The notes under the pieces are model-generated. The model made no database searches and was not told the origin of the DNA. It saw nothing but the letters and a program-made list of their open reading frames with translations. This document shows positions 1 to 14,726 of a stretch of 64,000 bases of DNA, one piece after another; within the stretch, counting starts at the first letter, position 1; every line of letters starts with the position of its first letter. A program made the position numbers and the translations under genes. The stretch comes from the human T2T-CHM13v2.0 reference genome, Homo sapiens. The stretch lies in NCBI RefSeq assembly GCF_009914755.1, contig NC_060947.1; one strand, written 5' to 3'.

Positions 1-128
1 AACAGAAATTATGCATAATTAAAACTAACATTTGATCATTGCACATTGCATATATGTATCAAAATTTAACTCTGTATTCTATAAGTATGTACAATTATTA
101 CATGCCAACTAAAAATAAAAGAAAAAAG
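1..128 (+). mobile_element. 3' terminus of an old L1 (L1MA/MB-type), cut by the window edge
   Basis: 'ttgatcattgcacattgcatatatgtatcaaaat...gtacaattattacatgccaactaaaaataaaa' resembles L1M 3' ends; ends in AATAAA and an A-rich tail. Confidence 0.65.
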
Positions 129-264
129 CCATTTTAATTGATAAATACAGCTTGAGTAAAGCATCCCTTTGCCCTTTGCACAGAAAGACATGGGGAAAGC
201 ATCTGGCATAAAGACTTGGGATAGCTGCCTTAGAATTGTTCTAAAAAATCAACCCAAATTTTAT

Positions 265-420
265 TTGGCAATTTCTGTATGCTAGACACTGTACTGCCTG
301 CTTTAACATATTATTATTTTATTTATTACTTACAACTGTCCCAAGAGTTATTATTTTCTTTATTTCACAAATAAGAAAATAGAGCTTCAGTTCAGAATTC
401 TTGTATTCTTGTCTGGTGAT
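265..420 (-). mobile_element. MIR SINE remnant
   Basis: 'tatgctagacactgtactg...atttcacaaataagaaaatagagcttcag' resembles the antisense MIR core; highly diverged. Confidence 0.45.
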
Positions 421-444
421 ACAAAAGTTTTAAAATTCAAATTC

Positions 445-735
445 AAGCTAGTCACAAAATACACATATTATGTAATTCCATTTATGTAAAATATCCAGAA
501 TAGAGATTAAATTGAAGAAGCTAAACGGCTGCCAAGCCATGTGTGTTGGAGGGAGAAGTAGAGGGGTAGAGGTAGCTGGAGAATAAAAGGTATCTGCTGA
601 AATATATATATATATGTATGTATGGTTTTTTAGGGGAGATATATCTGTGAATATCCTGAAATTTGGTGAATTGTACACTATTAAGAAGTTCAGTTTTATG
701 GTGTGTGGATTATATCTTAATAAAACTAAGAGAAA
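445..735 (+). mobile_element. Ancient L1 3' end fragment (L1MC/ME-type)
   Basis: 'gtcacaaaatacacatattatgtaattccatttatgtaaaatatccagaatag' and 'gaattgtacac...ttttatggtgtgtggattatatcttaataaa' are typical old-L1 3'UTR motifs. Confidence 0.55.
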
Positions 736-954
736 AAACTGACAAAAATAATTTCAAACAAACACAGAGAAATGACACTATAAAAGTATAAAACAAAGAA
801 AACTGATTTAAGCTGTGGAGGCAGAGAAACCATCCTAAGGAAGTAATGCTTAAGTGTAGAATGCGCAGGGGTTAATTAAGTCAACAGTATGTATTAGGGG
901 CTTACAATATATAAGTGTTTACAATATATAGAAGCAAAATGAGGGAGGAGCCCC

Positions 955-964
955 AAGATGGCCG
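955..964 (+). promoter_or_regulatory. YY1-binding motif at the L1 5' end (internal Pol II promoter element)
   Basis: AAGATGGCCG about 14 nt into the element, the canonical position of the L1 YY1 site; activity unknown. Confidence 0.6.
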
Positions 965-1814
965 ACTAGATGTAGCCAGGAGGAATATCCGGCACTGAAG
1001 GACAGGGACATTGGGAAGACAGGTGCACTCCCAGCAGATATTCAAAGGGAAAGCATTGAGAGTAAACAGAAGGAAGACACAGATGCTAGGCTGAAGTGGG
1101 AGGAATCTGGGAACTCTGCACAGGGCTACCATACACCAGGATGCGTTCCTGGCCTCCAACGACTTCTGCGGAGGGGGTGAGTTGAAAAGGCAAGGATCAA
1201 CTCGCTTTTATCACAGGTCCCTGGAATCCTGCCAGGAGGAGACCCATGGAACTCCATGGACACAAGTTGTCAAAGAAACCTGCTTAGAGAAGTGACAGGG
1301 GCAAAACTTCAGTTGGGGTAGAGCCCAGTTGTTTGGCGTGAGAGCATCTGTAGTGGAACACAGCCTAAGACACCCATTCCTCTAGCCTACATTTGCTCCC
1401 AGAGGAGGCTTTAGCTCTATGGGAACTGCCAGACCTGAACCCTGCAGGGATGTTTTGCCCATGAGAGGGGCTGGTCCAACCTGAGCACCCTTTGGTAGGC
1501 TGGCCTCTCTCAGGGCCCCAGCCTCGCCATGTCTGCTTACAGTGCAGCCCCTAGGTACCTTCTGCGAGCCAGCATCATAGCTCCTGTGCTGGTGGATGGC
1601 ACCAGATCAACAGAGTGCTCCAGCAGAGAAGAACCCATGGACATGAAACAGCCAACCTGTGACCTTCCCTCACTGCAGCTTCCCTTGTGCCAATTTGCTT
1701 ACAGGCACTAGCCCACAGCCACTCCCCACATCACTTTGCCAGTGCTTGTGAACTCAGGCAGCCCTTACTTTCCTTTCCCTGCCAGCACATGTGTGCACAT
1801 GCACTCTGCTATGC

Positions 1815-2065
1815 TACTGCTGCCAAATGAGCCTACCTCACATCTGCTTACCCTGCTGCACCACCATTTTCATCAGAGCATTAGCAGGCATAGTGGTCAC
1901 CAGCTCTGCCTCTGCCAGCACCATGCCCCTGAGCTACCATGCCACTGCTACCAGATGAGTCCACCTCACATCCACTTGCCCTGCTCCATCACCATTGTCA
2001 TCAGAGCATTAGCAGGCATGGAACTCACCAGCTCTGCCTCTGCCAGAAGCATGTCCCTGAGCTGA
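1815..2065 (+). repeat. Two-copy ~128-bp direct repeat in the L1 5'UTR
   Basis: 'catcagagcattagcaggcat...tcaccagctctgcctctgccag..catg.ccctgagct' begins at both 1871 and 1999. Confidence 0.85.
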
Positions 2066-2721
2066 TACAGTTGCCAGTGCGAAACTAGGCACAGAAAACA
2101 GTAAACACACCCTCAACCCTGAGCAGCCACCATCACCAGCCTGAATGTACACAGCATGAAGGATGCAAACAGTCCTGCGCTCCTCAGCACCCTGCCCTCA
2201 TGCTAAAACAACCACCAGCATGAATGCTTACACAGTTGTCCGAGGGGGACCCTTACCCCTCTAGCCATGCTATCACTGCCATCACAGCCTTAGTTGCAAA
2301 TACCCCAAGATCATCATATAAGGTAAAGAACAACAAAAAAAATCCAAAGAAGTCAACTTCAAAGTTTGAAGGAACATCAGCCCACAAGATGAGAAAGAAC
2401 CTGTACAAGAACTCTAACAACTCAAAAAGCCAGAGTGTCTTCTTTCCTCCAAACCATCACACTAGTTCTCCAGCAGAAGTTCTTAGATGAGCTGAGATGG
2501 CTGAAATGACAGAAGTGAGGTTCTGGACATGGATAGGAATGAAGATCATCGAGATTTGGAAGAATGTAGAAACCCAATCTAAAGAAGCTGAGGATCACAA
2601 TAAAATGATACAGGAGCTGATGGACAAAATAGCCAGTATAGAAAAGAATGTAACCAGACGGATAGAGCTAAAAAACACTCTACAAGAATTTCACAATGCA
2701 ATCACAAGAATGAACAGAAGA

Positions 2722-2981
2722 GGCTGGGCGCAGTGGATCACGAGGTCAAGAGATCGATACCATCCTGGCCAACCAACATGGTAAAACCCTGTCTCTACTA
2801 AAAACACAAAAATTAACTGGGCCTAGAAGTGCATGCCTGTAGTCCCAGCTACTCAGGAGGCTGAGGCAGGAGAATCACTTGAACTTGGGAGGCAGAGGTT
2901 GCAGTGAGCCGAGATCATGCCACTGTCCTACAGCCTGGGCGACAGAGCGAGACTCCGTTAAAAAAAAAAAAAAAAAAAAAA
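2722..2981 (+). mobile_element. Alu (AluSc-like) with an internal left-arm deletion, inserted in L1 ORF1
   Basis: ggctgggcgcagtgg joined directly to atcacgaggtcaagagatcga; poly(A); perfect 16-bp TSD aagaatgaacagaaga at 2706-2721 and 2982-2997. Confidence 0.95.
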
Positions 2982-3878
2982 AAGAATGAACAGAAGAATA
3001 GACCAAGGAAAAGAAAAAATCTCAGCACTTGGAGATTGGGTTTCTGAAAAGAGTGAAAATAAAAGAAGAAAAAGAAATGCACTAGGCTTTGGAGAAATGT
3101 GGAATTATGTATAAGATTCTACAACTCACTGGTGTATCTGTAAAAGATGGGGAGAATGGAAGCAAATTGGAAAACATATTTCAGAATAACATTCAAGAGA
3201 ACTTCCCCAATCTAGCTTAGAAAGCCCACATTCAAACTCAGGAAATGCAGGGAACTACCACAAAATACTTCACAAAAATTATTCCACAGACACATAATTA
3301 TCAGATTCTCCAAGGTCAAATGAAAGAAAAAACTATTAAAGGCAGCTAGAGAGAAAGGACAGGTCACATTCAAAGGGAAGCCCATTAGACTAATAGTGCA
3401 CTTCTCAGCAGAAACCCTAAAAGTGAGAGGAGATTGAGGGTCTATATTCAAAATTCTTGAAGAAAATAAAGTTTAATTCTATATGTGGAATAGCTAAGCT
3501 TTATAAGCAAAGGGGAAATAATTTACCTTTCAAACAAGCAAATTCTGAGGAAATTTGTGATCACATTTGCCTTCAAGAGCTCCTGTAAGAAGCATTTAAT
3601 CTGGAAAGAAAAAAATCCATTACCAGCCACTACAAAAAATCATATAAGTACACAGACCAGCGACACTATAAAGCAACCACACACAAATGTCAGTATATTA
3701 AACAGCTAATAAAACAATAACAGGATCAAATCCTCACACATCAATGCTAACCTTCAATGTAAACAGGCTATGTGCCACAATTAAAAGGCACAGAGTGGCA
3801 AACTGGACAAAGAAGCAAGACTTAATGGAATGCTGTCCTCAAGAGGCCTATTTCACATTTGGTGACACCCATAAGCTC

Positions 3879-4215
3879 TGTATTAGTCAGTTTTCACACT
3901 TCTGATAAAGAAGTACCTGAGACTGGAAAGGAAAAGAGGTTTAATGGACTTACAGTTCCAGATGGCTGGGAAGACCTCACAATCATAGCAGAAGGTGAAA
4001 GGCATGTCTCACATGGCAGCAGAGAAGAGAGAGAACTTGTGCAGGGAAACTCCCATTTTTAAAACTATCAGATGTTGTAAGACTTATTCACTATCATGAG
4101 GAGAACAGCACAAGAGACACCTGCCTCATGATTTAATTACCTCGCACCCAGTGCCTTCCACAACGCATGGGGATTAAAGATAAGATTTGGGTGGGGACAC
4201 AGCCAAACCATATCA
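3879..4215 (-). mobile_element. THE1 solo LTR (ERVL-MaLR) inserted in the L1 ORF2 endonuclease region
   Basis: TG...CA termini; reverse complement begins tgatatggtttggctgtgtccccacccaaatc (THE1 start); 5-bp TSD agctc at 3874-3878 and 4216-4220. Confidence 0.93.
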
Positions 4216-4397
4216 AGCTCAAAATAAAGGGATGGAGAAAAATCTAGCAATCTACCAAGCACATGGAAAACGGAAAATAGTGGGAGTTGCAGACTTAATT
4301 TCAGATAAAACAGATATTAAGCCAACAATTTTTTTTAAAAGAAGGGTATTACATAATGGTAAAGGGTTCCATTCAACAAGAAGTTATACCTATCTTA

Positions 4398-5138
<741 letters not shown>

Positions 5139-7844
5139 CTAACAGTACTGACCATGTTAGACAGATTATAGAGCCAGAATATTAACAAACATATTCAGCA
5201 CCTTAATTCATCACTGGAATTAATGGATTGATAGACAGAATTCTCCTCTCCAAAACAACAGAATATACCGTCTTCTCATCTGCACATGATGCATACTCTA
5301 AAATTAAACATACAATTAGACATAACACATTTCTCAGCAAATGCAAAAGAACGAAAATTATACCAACAACTCTCTTGTACCACAGTGTAATAAAAATGTA
5401 ATTTAAGACTAAGAAAATGCTCCGGAAATCTCAACTAAATACTAGCAAATAGAATCCAGTAACATATCAAAAAGCTAATCCACCATAATGACATAGGCTT
5501 TGTCCCTGGCTGCAATGTTGGTTCAATATATGCAAATCAATAAATGTGATTCATCACATAAAAAGAACTAAAGGAAAAAGCCACATGATCATCTCAATAG
5601 ATGCAGAAAGGCTTTCAACAAAATAAAAGATTCCTTCATTTTTAAAACTCTTAACAAATAGATATTGGAGGAACATACATCAAAATAAGAGCCATTTATG
5701 ACATACCCACAGCCAACATCATACCGAATGCATAAAAGCTGAAAGCATTCTTTTTGAAAACCGGCACAAGACAAGGATACTCTCTCTAGCCACTCCTATT
5801 CAACATAATATTAGAAGTCCTGGCCAGAACAATCAGGCAAAAGGAAAAGATAAAATACATTCAAATAGAAAGAGAAGAAGTAAAAATGTCCCTGTTTTCA
5901 AATGACTTGATTCTATATCTAGAAAACCTTATAGTCGTGGCCCAAAAGCTCCTGAAGCTAATGAACAACTTCAGCAAAATTTCAAAATATAAAATTAATA
6001 TAGAAAAATTACTAGCATTTCTGTAAGTTAACAATAGCTAAGTGGAGAGCCAAATCAGAAACAACATCCCATTCACAATTGCCAGTAAAAGAATGAAATA
6101 CTTAACGAATACAGCTAATCAGGGAAGTGAAAGATCTTTACAAGGAGAACTACAAAACATTGTTCAAGGAAATCAGAGATGACCCAAACAAATAGAAACA
6201 CATCCCATGCTCATGGATGGGTAGAATCAACATTGTAAAAATGACCATACTTCATAAAGCAATTTATAAATTCAATCCTAATCTTATCAAACTACAAATT
6301 ACATTTTTTAAAGAACCAGAAAAACTTATTTTAAAATTTATATGGAACTAAAAAGGAGCCTGAATAGCCAAGACAATCCTATGCAAAAAGAGAAGAGCAG
6401 ATGGCATCATGCTTCTCAACTTTGAACTATACTACAGGGCTATAGTAACCAAAACAGCTTGACGCTGGTACACAAACAGACTCATAGATGAATGGAACAG
6501 AATACACAACCCAGAGATAAGGCTTCACACCTACAACCATCTGATCTTCACCAAAGCTGCAAAAAGAAGCAATGGGAAAAGGACTCCTTATTCAATAAAT
6601 GGTGCTGGGATAACTGGCTAGCCATATGCAGAAGATTGAAACAGGACGCCTTATTTACCCCATGTACAAAAATCAACTCAAGATGGATTATAGGCTTACA
6701 TGTAAAACCGAAAATTATGAAAACCCTGGAAGACAACCTTGGCAATACCATTCTGCACATTTAAACTGGAAAAAAAATTCATGATGAAGATGTCAGAAGC
6801 AATTGGAACAAAAGCTAAAATAAACAAATGGGATCTAATTAAACTAAAGAGCTTCTACAGAGCAAAAGAAACTATCAACAAAGAAAACAGACAACCTGCA
6901 GAAAGGGAGAAAATATTTGCAAACTATGCATCTGACAAAGTTCTATTACCCAACATCTATAAGGAACTTAAATTTACAAGAAAAATCAATCAACCCCATT
7001 AAAAAATGGGAACAGTACCTGAATAGACACTTTTTAAAAGAAGTCATACATGCCGCCAACAACATGTAAAAAAGCTCAACATTACTGATTATTAGAGAAG
7101 TGAAAATCAGAACCAAAATTAGATACCATCTCACACCTGTCAAAATGGCTATTATTAAGAAGTCAAAAAATTACAGATGCTGGCAAGGTTGCGGAGAAAG
7201 GGGAACACTTATGCACTGTTGATGGAAATGTAAATTAGTTTGAGCATTGTGGAAAGCAATGTAGCAATTCCATGAACTCCTACAAGCATCTTCCATTCAA
7301 CCCAGAAATCCATTACTGGATAAATATCCAAAGGAATATAAATCCATTCTATTATAAAGACACAAGTGCATGTACATTCAGTGCAGTACTACTCAAAATA
7401 GCAAAGACATAAAATCAACCTAAATGCCCATCAGTGGAAGACTGGATAAAGAAAATGTGATACATATACAACATGGAATACTATGCAGCCATAAAAAATG
7501 AGATCATATCTTTTGCAGGAACATGGATGGTGCTGGAGGCCATTACTCTTAGAAAACTAACACAGGAACAGAAAACTAAATACCACATATTCTCACTTAT
7601 ACATGGAAACTAAATAAGGAGAACACATGAATACAAAGAAGGAAACCACAGACACTGGAGCTGACCAGAAGGTAGATGGTAGGAGGACAGCAGCAGAAAA
7701 CATAACTACTGGGTACTAGTCTTAGTACCCAATAGTCACCTGGGTGATGAAATAATCTGTGCATCAAAGTCCCATGACATGAGGTTTTCCTATATAACAA
7801 ACCTACACATGTATACCTTAACCTAAAATAACATTTTCTTTTAA

Positions 7845-7975
7845 AAGGCTGAAAGAGAAAAAGAAAGATTAACCAAGAATTCTACATCCAGCAAAACTGT
7901 TCATCAGAAATGTAGGCAAAGTGAAGATATTCTCAGCTAAACAAAGGTTGAAAGTATTTGGTCTTCACAGGCCTA
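7845..7975 (+). mobile_element. Fragment of an old L1 ORF1 3' region
   Basis: 'aaccaagaattctacatccagcaaaactgttcatcagaaatgtaggcaaagtgaagatattctcag' encodes a PRILHPAKLFIRN-like ORF1 C-terminal motif. Confidence 0.55.
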
Positions 7976-8479
7976 TATATGCATAGTAAATATATTATTG
8001 TTTATTATATTATATATATTGTATTTTGGAATTAAAGCTTTATAGCAATACTATGGAAAAATTGGACAATTGAGAAATAAATTCCTAACCTCATACTATT
8101 GTTAGAGCAGCTCTGAAAGGTTCTATGCGTTGTTTTCCAGTCTTTGTTCATTTGCATATACATTTCACCTGGAGTAATAATAGCGTAAAGATACTTGTTA
8201 CAATTTGTTTTATAGTATATTATCTCTTTTAGTAGTTGTAATAATATTTCACAGAGTCTATAAGTAATCACTTAGTCATTCATTTCCCCAATTATGGACA
8301 CTTTCAAGGTTTTCAAAATTTTGCTATTGTGAATATCTTCCTACATACAACATTTTTCTCGTTAATTGTTTCCTAGGCTAAATCTCCAAAAATGCAATAT
8401 GGATATTATTATATTTTTAAAGAATTAATATAAAAGTAAATGTTCTTTTTAAAAAAAAAAATAGCAGCAGGATTTACAA

Positions 8480-9745
8480 TGTCTCTGTACTGGCAAGAAA
8501 CTCGGTATTCTGAGAAGAAAATGTGATAATATGTTGTGAAATAAAGTTAGAAAGGTTGGAAGTGACAAACTATTCAGGAGCATGGCCACATTAAGGAGTT
8601 AGATATTTAAGGTCCATAAGGAGCCCTTGAAGTCACTAACCAGGAGATGTAGTGACATAAACACATTTATGTTATAAAAGTATCACTGTGTCTGAAATGT
8701 GGAGAATAGATAACAAAGAAGAAGGAATAGATATGGGGAGATTAGCTGTGATATTACTGCAGAAGCCTAGGCAAAAATGAACTCTTGGACTAGAGTGTTG
8801 ATGGTGATGTTGGAGTAAAATGAATTTATTTGAGATATACTTTACAGGTAACATCTAAAGAACTTAGTAATGTATTTACCTTGGGGATAATAAAAGGAAG
8901 GGAGCAATCAATGATGTCTCCTATATTTATCAATTACATAACTGGATTGGCAGGGATAACATACAAATAAATTGAGAATACTGTAAAATAAATGGCCTTG
9001 GGAAGAAAGATCATAAATTGGTATTGGATATGCTGATTTTGAGATATCCAGGTGTAGAATTTGAGTAAGCATTTTGAAATATATGTCTAAATCTCAGAGA
9101 AGGAGGCTGGACCAGAGATATTCTCCTGGTCAATTCCTAGGCCAAAAGTACAAATAAAGGTCACCGTACTATAAGTTTACATATTTAAAATTAGTAAATC
9201 ATGCTAATAAAATGTAAATATGGGTATTTTTTTAAGAATATCATATGTATTTATGATATTTAAGATCCCCGAAAGTGAAGATCCTGTCTTGTTAAGATCT
9301 TATTGCACTGTAGATGTTAATTTAAACATTTACTATTGATGAGGTGGCCTAGAAGAAGACCTAGTTCTGAGCCTTAGGAATTCTAACATTTAACGTCCAG
9401 TAGAGAAATGTGAGCTGGTAAAGGACACCAAAATAAAATAGCCAGGAAGTTGGGAGAAAGTATAAGACAACATGGTGTAACAGATGTCCGTGTAAAACAG
9501 TGTTTCAAGAAAGAGGAACAGTAAATTGTATAAAGTGATGTTGAGAAGGGAGGGAAGACATGGACTACAAAGTAAACAGTGAATTAACGAAGACAGGGAC
9601 AGTTGAATTGGTAGCATAATAGTGTTAAATGCCATGTTAGTTAAAAATTAAGTAGAATATGCAGAAATTGAGAATGAACATGTAGACAATTCTTTCAAAA
9701 TTTTGTGAAGAGGAGAAATTTAGGATAATAGCTATAAAAGAATGT
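8480..9745 (-). mobile_element. LINE-2 remnants
   Basis: Purine-rich diverged sequence with L2-like motifs (tggagaataga, ttggactagagtgttgatggtg, tttgagatatccaggtgtag, agtgtttcaagaaagagg); possibly an unrelated short insert at ~9130-9340. Confidence 0.65.
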
Positions 9746-9774
9746 GTGTATGGGGGAAGGTATTCATACACACA

Positions 9775-10855
9775 TATTTTAATTAAGCTTTTAATTTTGA
9801 GATAATTGTAAACTCACATGCAGTTGTAAGAGATAATACAAAGAGAATCCATGTATTCTTTACCCAGTTTTCACCCACCAAAGTTACAATATTGCAAAAC
9901 TACAGTAAAGCAATACAATCAAGATATTGACATTGATACAGTAGACCCCCTTATCCTTAATTTTGTTTCGTACAGCTTCAGTTACCTATGGTCAACTGTG
10001 GTTCAAAAATAGGTGAGTAAAGTACAGTAAGATATTTTAATAGAGAGAGGTAGATTATATTCACATTACTTATTGTTTACTGTTAATTCTATTTCATTAT
10101 TAGTTGTTGTCAATCTCTTATGTGCCTAATTTATAAATTAAACATTATAAGTTTGTATGTATAGAAAAAAACATAGTATATGTAGGGTTCAGTGCTATTT
10201 GCAGTTTTAGGCATTCATTGATGATCTTGAAAGGTATCTCCCATGGATAAATGGGGACTACTGTAGTGTCAAAACACAAACACATTCTATAACCACGAAT
10301 ATTCCTCATGCTACCCTTTTATAGCCACAACCATCTCGTTTTTCTTCCAGTCCTACATTGACTTGTGCGAACTGCTAATCAGTTTTCCATTTTTATAATT
10401 ATGTCAATTTAGAATGATACAGGAATGGATTCATACAGTATGTAACTTCTTAGAATTGAGATTTTCACTAAGCATAATTCTTTGAAGATTCATCTTAGTT
10501 GTTGTGTGTATCAAGACTCTGTTTCTTTTGATTGCTGAGTATCCCATTTTATGGAAGTACCACATTTTATTTAACCACTCACCTATTGAAGAATATCTGG
10601 GCTGCTTCCATTAATTGACTTTTACGAGTAAAGATAATATGTATATTTGTGTAAAAATTTTGTGTGAAAATACATTGATTTCTCTAGGAAAAAATACTGA
10701 AGAGGACAATGCTGGGTTTATGACAATTTTATGTTTAGTTTTATAAGAAACTGACAAAATGTTTTCCAGTATACCTCTTTACATTCCTATAGCAATATAT
10801 AAAGGTGCAATTTCTCCACATTTTTACCAGCTTTTGGTATTGACACGTTCTTTTC
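9775..10855 (-). mobile_element. Old L1 (L1MB/MC-type) 3' end, split by MER44A; continues at ~25600
   Basis: 'tttaattttgagataattgtaaactcacatgcagttgtaagagataatacaaagagaatccatgta' is an antisense old-L1 3' terminus. Confidence 0.75.
9939..10263 (+). mobile_element. MER44A-like Tigger (TcMar) MITE
   Basis: Terminal inverted repeats cagtagacccccttatcc / ggataaatggggactactg; TA TSD at 9937-9938 and 10264-10265; body resembles recalled MER44A consensus. Confidence 0.88.
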
Positions 10856-10859
10856 ATGT

Positions 10860-11350
10860 ATGTTTTAAATTGTATATATTTAAGGTGTACAACATGATGT
10901 TTTGTCACACATATGCAGAGTTAAATGATTACTATAGTCAAGCTAATTAAAGTATCCATCATATCACATAGTTAACTTTTTTGTGGTAAGAGTACCTAAA
11001 ATCTACTCTCATAGCAATTTCCAGTATACATTACAATAGTATGAGCTCTAGTAATCAGGCTTTACATTACATCTCTGGTCTTATTCTTTCTGCATAAATG
11101 CAACTTTGTACACTTTGACCAAAATTTTCCTATTTTCTCTCTCCCACCACAGTTCCACTCTCTGGCTTATATGTATTGCATTCAACTTTTTAAAAATATA
11201 TTTCACATGTATGAGAAATTATTCAGTATTCTTTTATCTTTATCTGCCTAATTTTACTAAGTTTATTGTCCTCCTTGTTCATCTGTTTTTTGTTTTGTTT
11301 TGTTTTGTTTTTGCAAATGTCAGGACCTCTTTATTTATTCAAGGCTGATA
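10860..11350 (-). mobile_element. L1MA (older, roughly MA5-9) 3' end; continues at ~24750
   Basis: 'tttaaattgtatatatttaaggtgtacaacatgatgtttt...tagtcaagctaattaa' is an antisense L1MA 3' end. Confidence 0.75.
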
Positions 11351-12924
11351 TATATATATATATTCAGAATTCCTTTTTTAAGATGATACATAATATGCAA
11401 ATGTTTATTAGGTAGATATACTATTTTGTAACTTGCAGGAAATGTGTAATGATCAAATCAGGTTATTTTAGGTATGCATCACCTTGAGTATTTTTTATTT
11501 CTGTGTATTGGAAACATTTCAGTTTCTTTCTTTTAGCTACTTTGAAATATACAATGCAGCTTTGTGGCTAACTATAGTAACCCTTCTCTACTATCAAACT
11601 TTAGAACTTCTTTTTTTCTACCTAACTGTATGTGGTACACATTAACTACCCTCTCTTCATCTCCCCCTTCCATCAGTAGGACCTTCCCAGTTTCTGGTTC
11701 ATATCATTGCACACTCTACCTCTATTTGATCAACTATGTCAGCTCCCAGGTGTGAGTGAGAACATGAGATATTTGTCTTTCTTTGCCTACTTATTTCACT
11801 CAACATCAAGACCTCCAATTACATCCATGTTGCTGCAAATGACATGATATCATTTTTTGTTATGGTCAAATAATAGTCCACTATGTGTATATACCACATT
11901 CTTTTCATCCATTCATCCTTTGATAGATACTTTGATTGATTCCGTATTTTTGAATATCGTAAATAGTGCTGCAGTAAATATGGGGATGTAGGTTTCCCTT
12001 TGACATATTGATTTATTTTTCTTTGGATAAAAACAAAGTAGTGCAATTACTGGATAGATTGATTCAATTTTTAGTTGTTTTGAGAAATCCTCAGACTATT
12101 TTCTGTAGTATCTGTACTAATTTACGTTTCCACCAACAGTGTATAAGAGTTATTTTTTGTATTTTTAACAATAGCGATTATAATTATGATAAGAAAATAT
12201 CATATTTTGGTTTGGATTTGTATTTCCCTGATGATTTTGAGCATTCTTTCATATACCTGTTGGTTATTTGTATGACTTCTTTTGAAAAACATTTATTCAT
12301 ATTATTTGTCCAATTTTACTTTTGGGATTTTAAAAATGATTTTATTTTTATCAATTTGAAAGCAGCCGAAAGCATGCAACTGGTCAAGAGACCATGGAAA
12401 CACTTAATCTCTCTAATGTGATCAGAAAATGTCTTTTTAGAATAATTTTTTCAAACTCATTTATTTCTTCATTAGTACTTTTTTCCAATGTCATTGTTTG
12501 CAGGGAGAAATTAGGAAACCTTGTCTATTTGTTCAACCATATTCATCATCATCTCTATTATTTGTAGAGACTACTGAGTAAATTACTGATTCTGAATTAA
12601 GTAAGTCTACAATCCTCTGGTTGAATTGTAGCATGAATTATATTTATATAAGATTTATTGTGCAAACTGCATTTTATATTTTTATTAAAAACTCAGACGA
12701 CAAAAAAGGTAAGTCTATGGGTGAAGCTTCTTTTAGGCAAATATAGGGTGGCCAAAAATGTAGGACTCAGTTATTTAAAAAAAAAAAATACATACCCAAG
12801 TGACTAACAGGTTGCTTAGGAGACCAATTCCATAACCCGATACCGGTACAACAGTGTTGAAACTATTCAGAATTTAAGATGAAGGTTGGAGAGGATCCGT
12901 TAGATATATGAACATATATATTAT

Positions 12925-14726
12925 TTGTTTTTGTTTTTCTTCTTATTGTATAATTTCAACTTTTATTTTAGATTTGCGGGATATATGTACAGGCTTATTA
13001 CATTGGTATATTGTGTGATGCTGAGGTTTGAGGTTTGAATGATTCTATCACCCAAGTAGTGAGCATGATACCCAATAGGTATTTTTTCAGCTTATGCACC
13101 CTCCCTTTCACCTCCTTTCATAATACCTAGTGTCTGCTATTTCTATTTTTATGCTCATGTGTAACCAATGCTTAGCTTCCACTAATAAGTGAGAACAAGT
13201 GGTATTTGGTTTTCTGTTCCTGCATTAATTCACTTAGGATAATGGCCTCTAGCTGCATCCACATTGCTGCAAAAGACATGATTTTTTTTTGTTTTTTGGC
13301 TGCACAGCATTTCACAGTAGATATATGCCACATTTTCTTTATCCAATCCACTATTAATGAACACTTAGATTGATTCAATGCTTTTGCTATTGTGAATAAT
13401 GCTGCAATGAACATATAAATGCATATGTCTTTTGGCAGAATTATTTATTTTCCTTTGAGTACATATCCAGTAATTGGATTGCTGGGTCAAATGTTAGTTC
13501 TGTTTTAAATTTTTTGAGAAATCTCCAAACTGTTTTCCACAGTGGCTAAACTAATTTACATTCCCACCAACAGTGTATAAGCATTCTATTTTCTCCACAG
13601 CCATGCCAGTATCTATGTTTTTCAGACTTTTTAGTAATAGCTATTCTGACTGGTGTGAGATATTATCTCACTGTGTTTTTGACTTTCATTTTTCTGATGA
13701 TTAGTGATGCTGATCATTTTTTCATGTTCATTGGCGGATGGTATGTCTTCATTTGAGGAGTGTTTGCTAATGTCGTTTGCCCACTTTTTTGTGGGGTTGT
13801 TTGCTTGTTGAATTGTTGAAGTTTCTTATAGATTATGAATATTAGACATTTGTTGGGTGCATATTTTGCAAATATTTTCTCCCATTCTTTAGATTTTCTC
13901 TTTACACTGTTGATGTTTTTTGTGTTTGTTTTGATTCTTTTTGCTGTGTAGAAACTCTTTACATAGGTCTCATTTGTCAATTTTTGTTTTTGTTGCAATT
14001 GCTTCTGAGGACTGTCATAATTTTTTTTTCCCAAGTCTGATGTTCAGAATGGTGTTTCCTAGGTTTTCTTCTAGGATTCTTACAGTTTCAAGTCCTACAT
14101 TTAAATTTTTAATATATCTGGAGTTAACTTTTGCATATTCTGAAAGGTAGCAGTCATGTTTCCTTCTCCTGCATATGGCTAACCAGCCATCCCAGGACCA
14201 TTTGTTGAATATATGGAGTCTTTTCTTCACTGCTTATTTTTGCCAACTTTGTTGAAAATCAGATGGCTCTAGGTGGGTGTCTTTATTTCTGAGTTCTCTA
14301 TTCTGTTCCATTGGCCTATGTGTCATGTCTGTTTTTGTACCAGTGCTGTACTGTTTTGGTTAATTCAACCTTAGAATATAGTTTGAAGTCAGGTAAGGTG
14401 ATGTCTTTTGCTTTGTTCTTTTACTTAGGATTGCTTTGGCTATTCAGCTTTTCTTTGGTTCTATATTAAATTTAAAATAGTTTTATTTTTCCTATTACTG
14501 TGAAAAATGTCATTGCAGTCTGATAAGAATAGCATTGACTCTGAAAATAATCGCCTTGGGCAGTAGGCCGTTTCAACAATAATAATTATTACCATTCATT
14601 AGCATGGAATGTTTTTCCATTTGTTTGTGTCATTTATAATTTCTTTTAGCAGTTTTTGTAGTTCTTTTTGTAGAGATATTTCACCTACTTAGTTAGACAC
14701 ATTTCAAGGTACTGCTTTTGTGTGTG
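12925..14726 (-). mobile_element. 5'-truncated L1 (L1PA16-like) nested in L1MA
   Basis: T-rich tail, then 'ttcaacttttattttagat...ggtatattgtgtgatgctgaggtttg'; ORF2 C-terminal remnants ([11 protein letters not shown]...). Confidence 0.85.

Noticed and set aside
9130-9340. Possible hAT-type DNA transposon fragment within L2
   Set aside because: Only faint resemblance; no terminal inverted repeats or 8-bp TSD identifiable.
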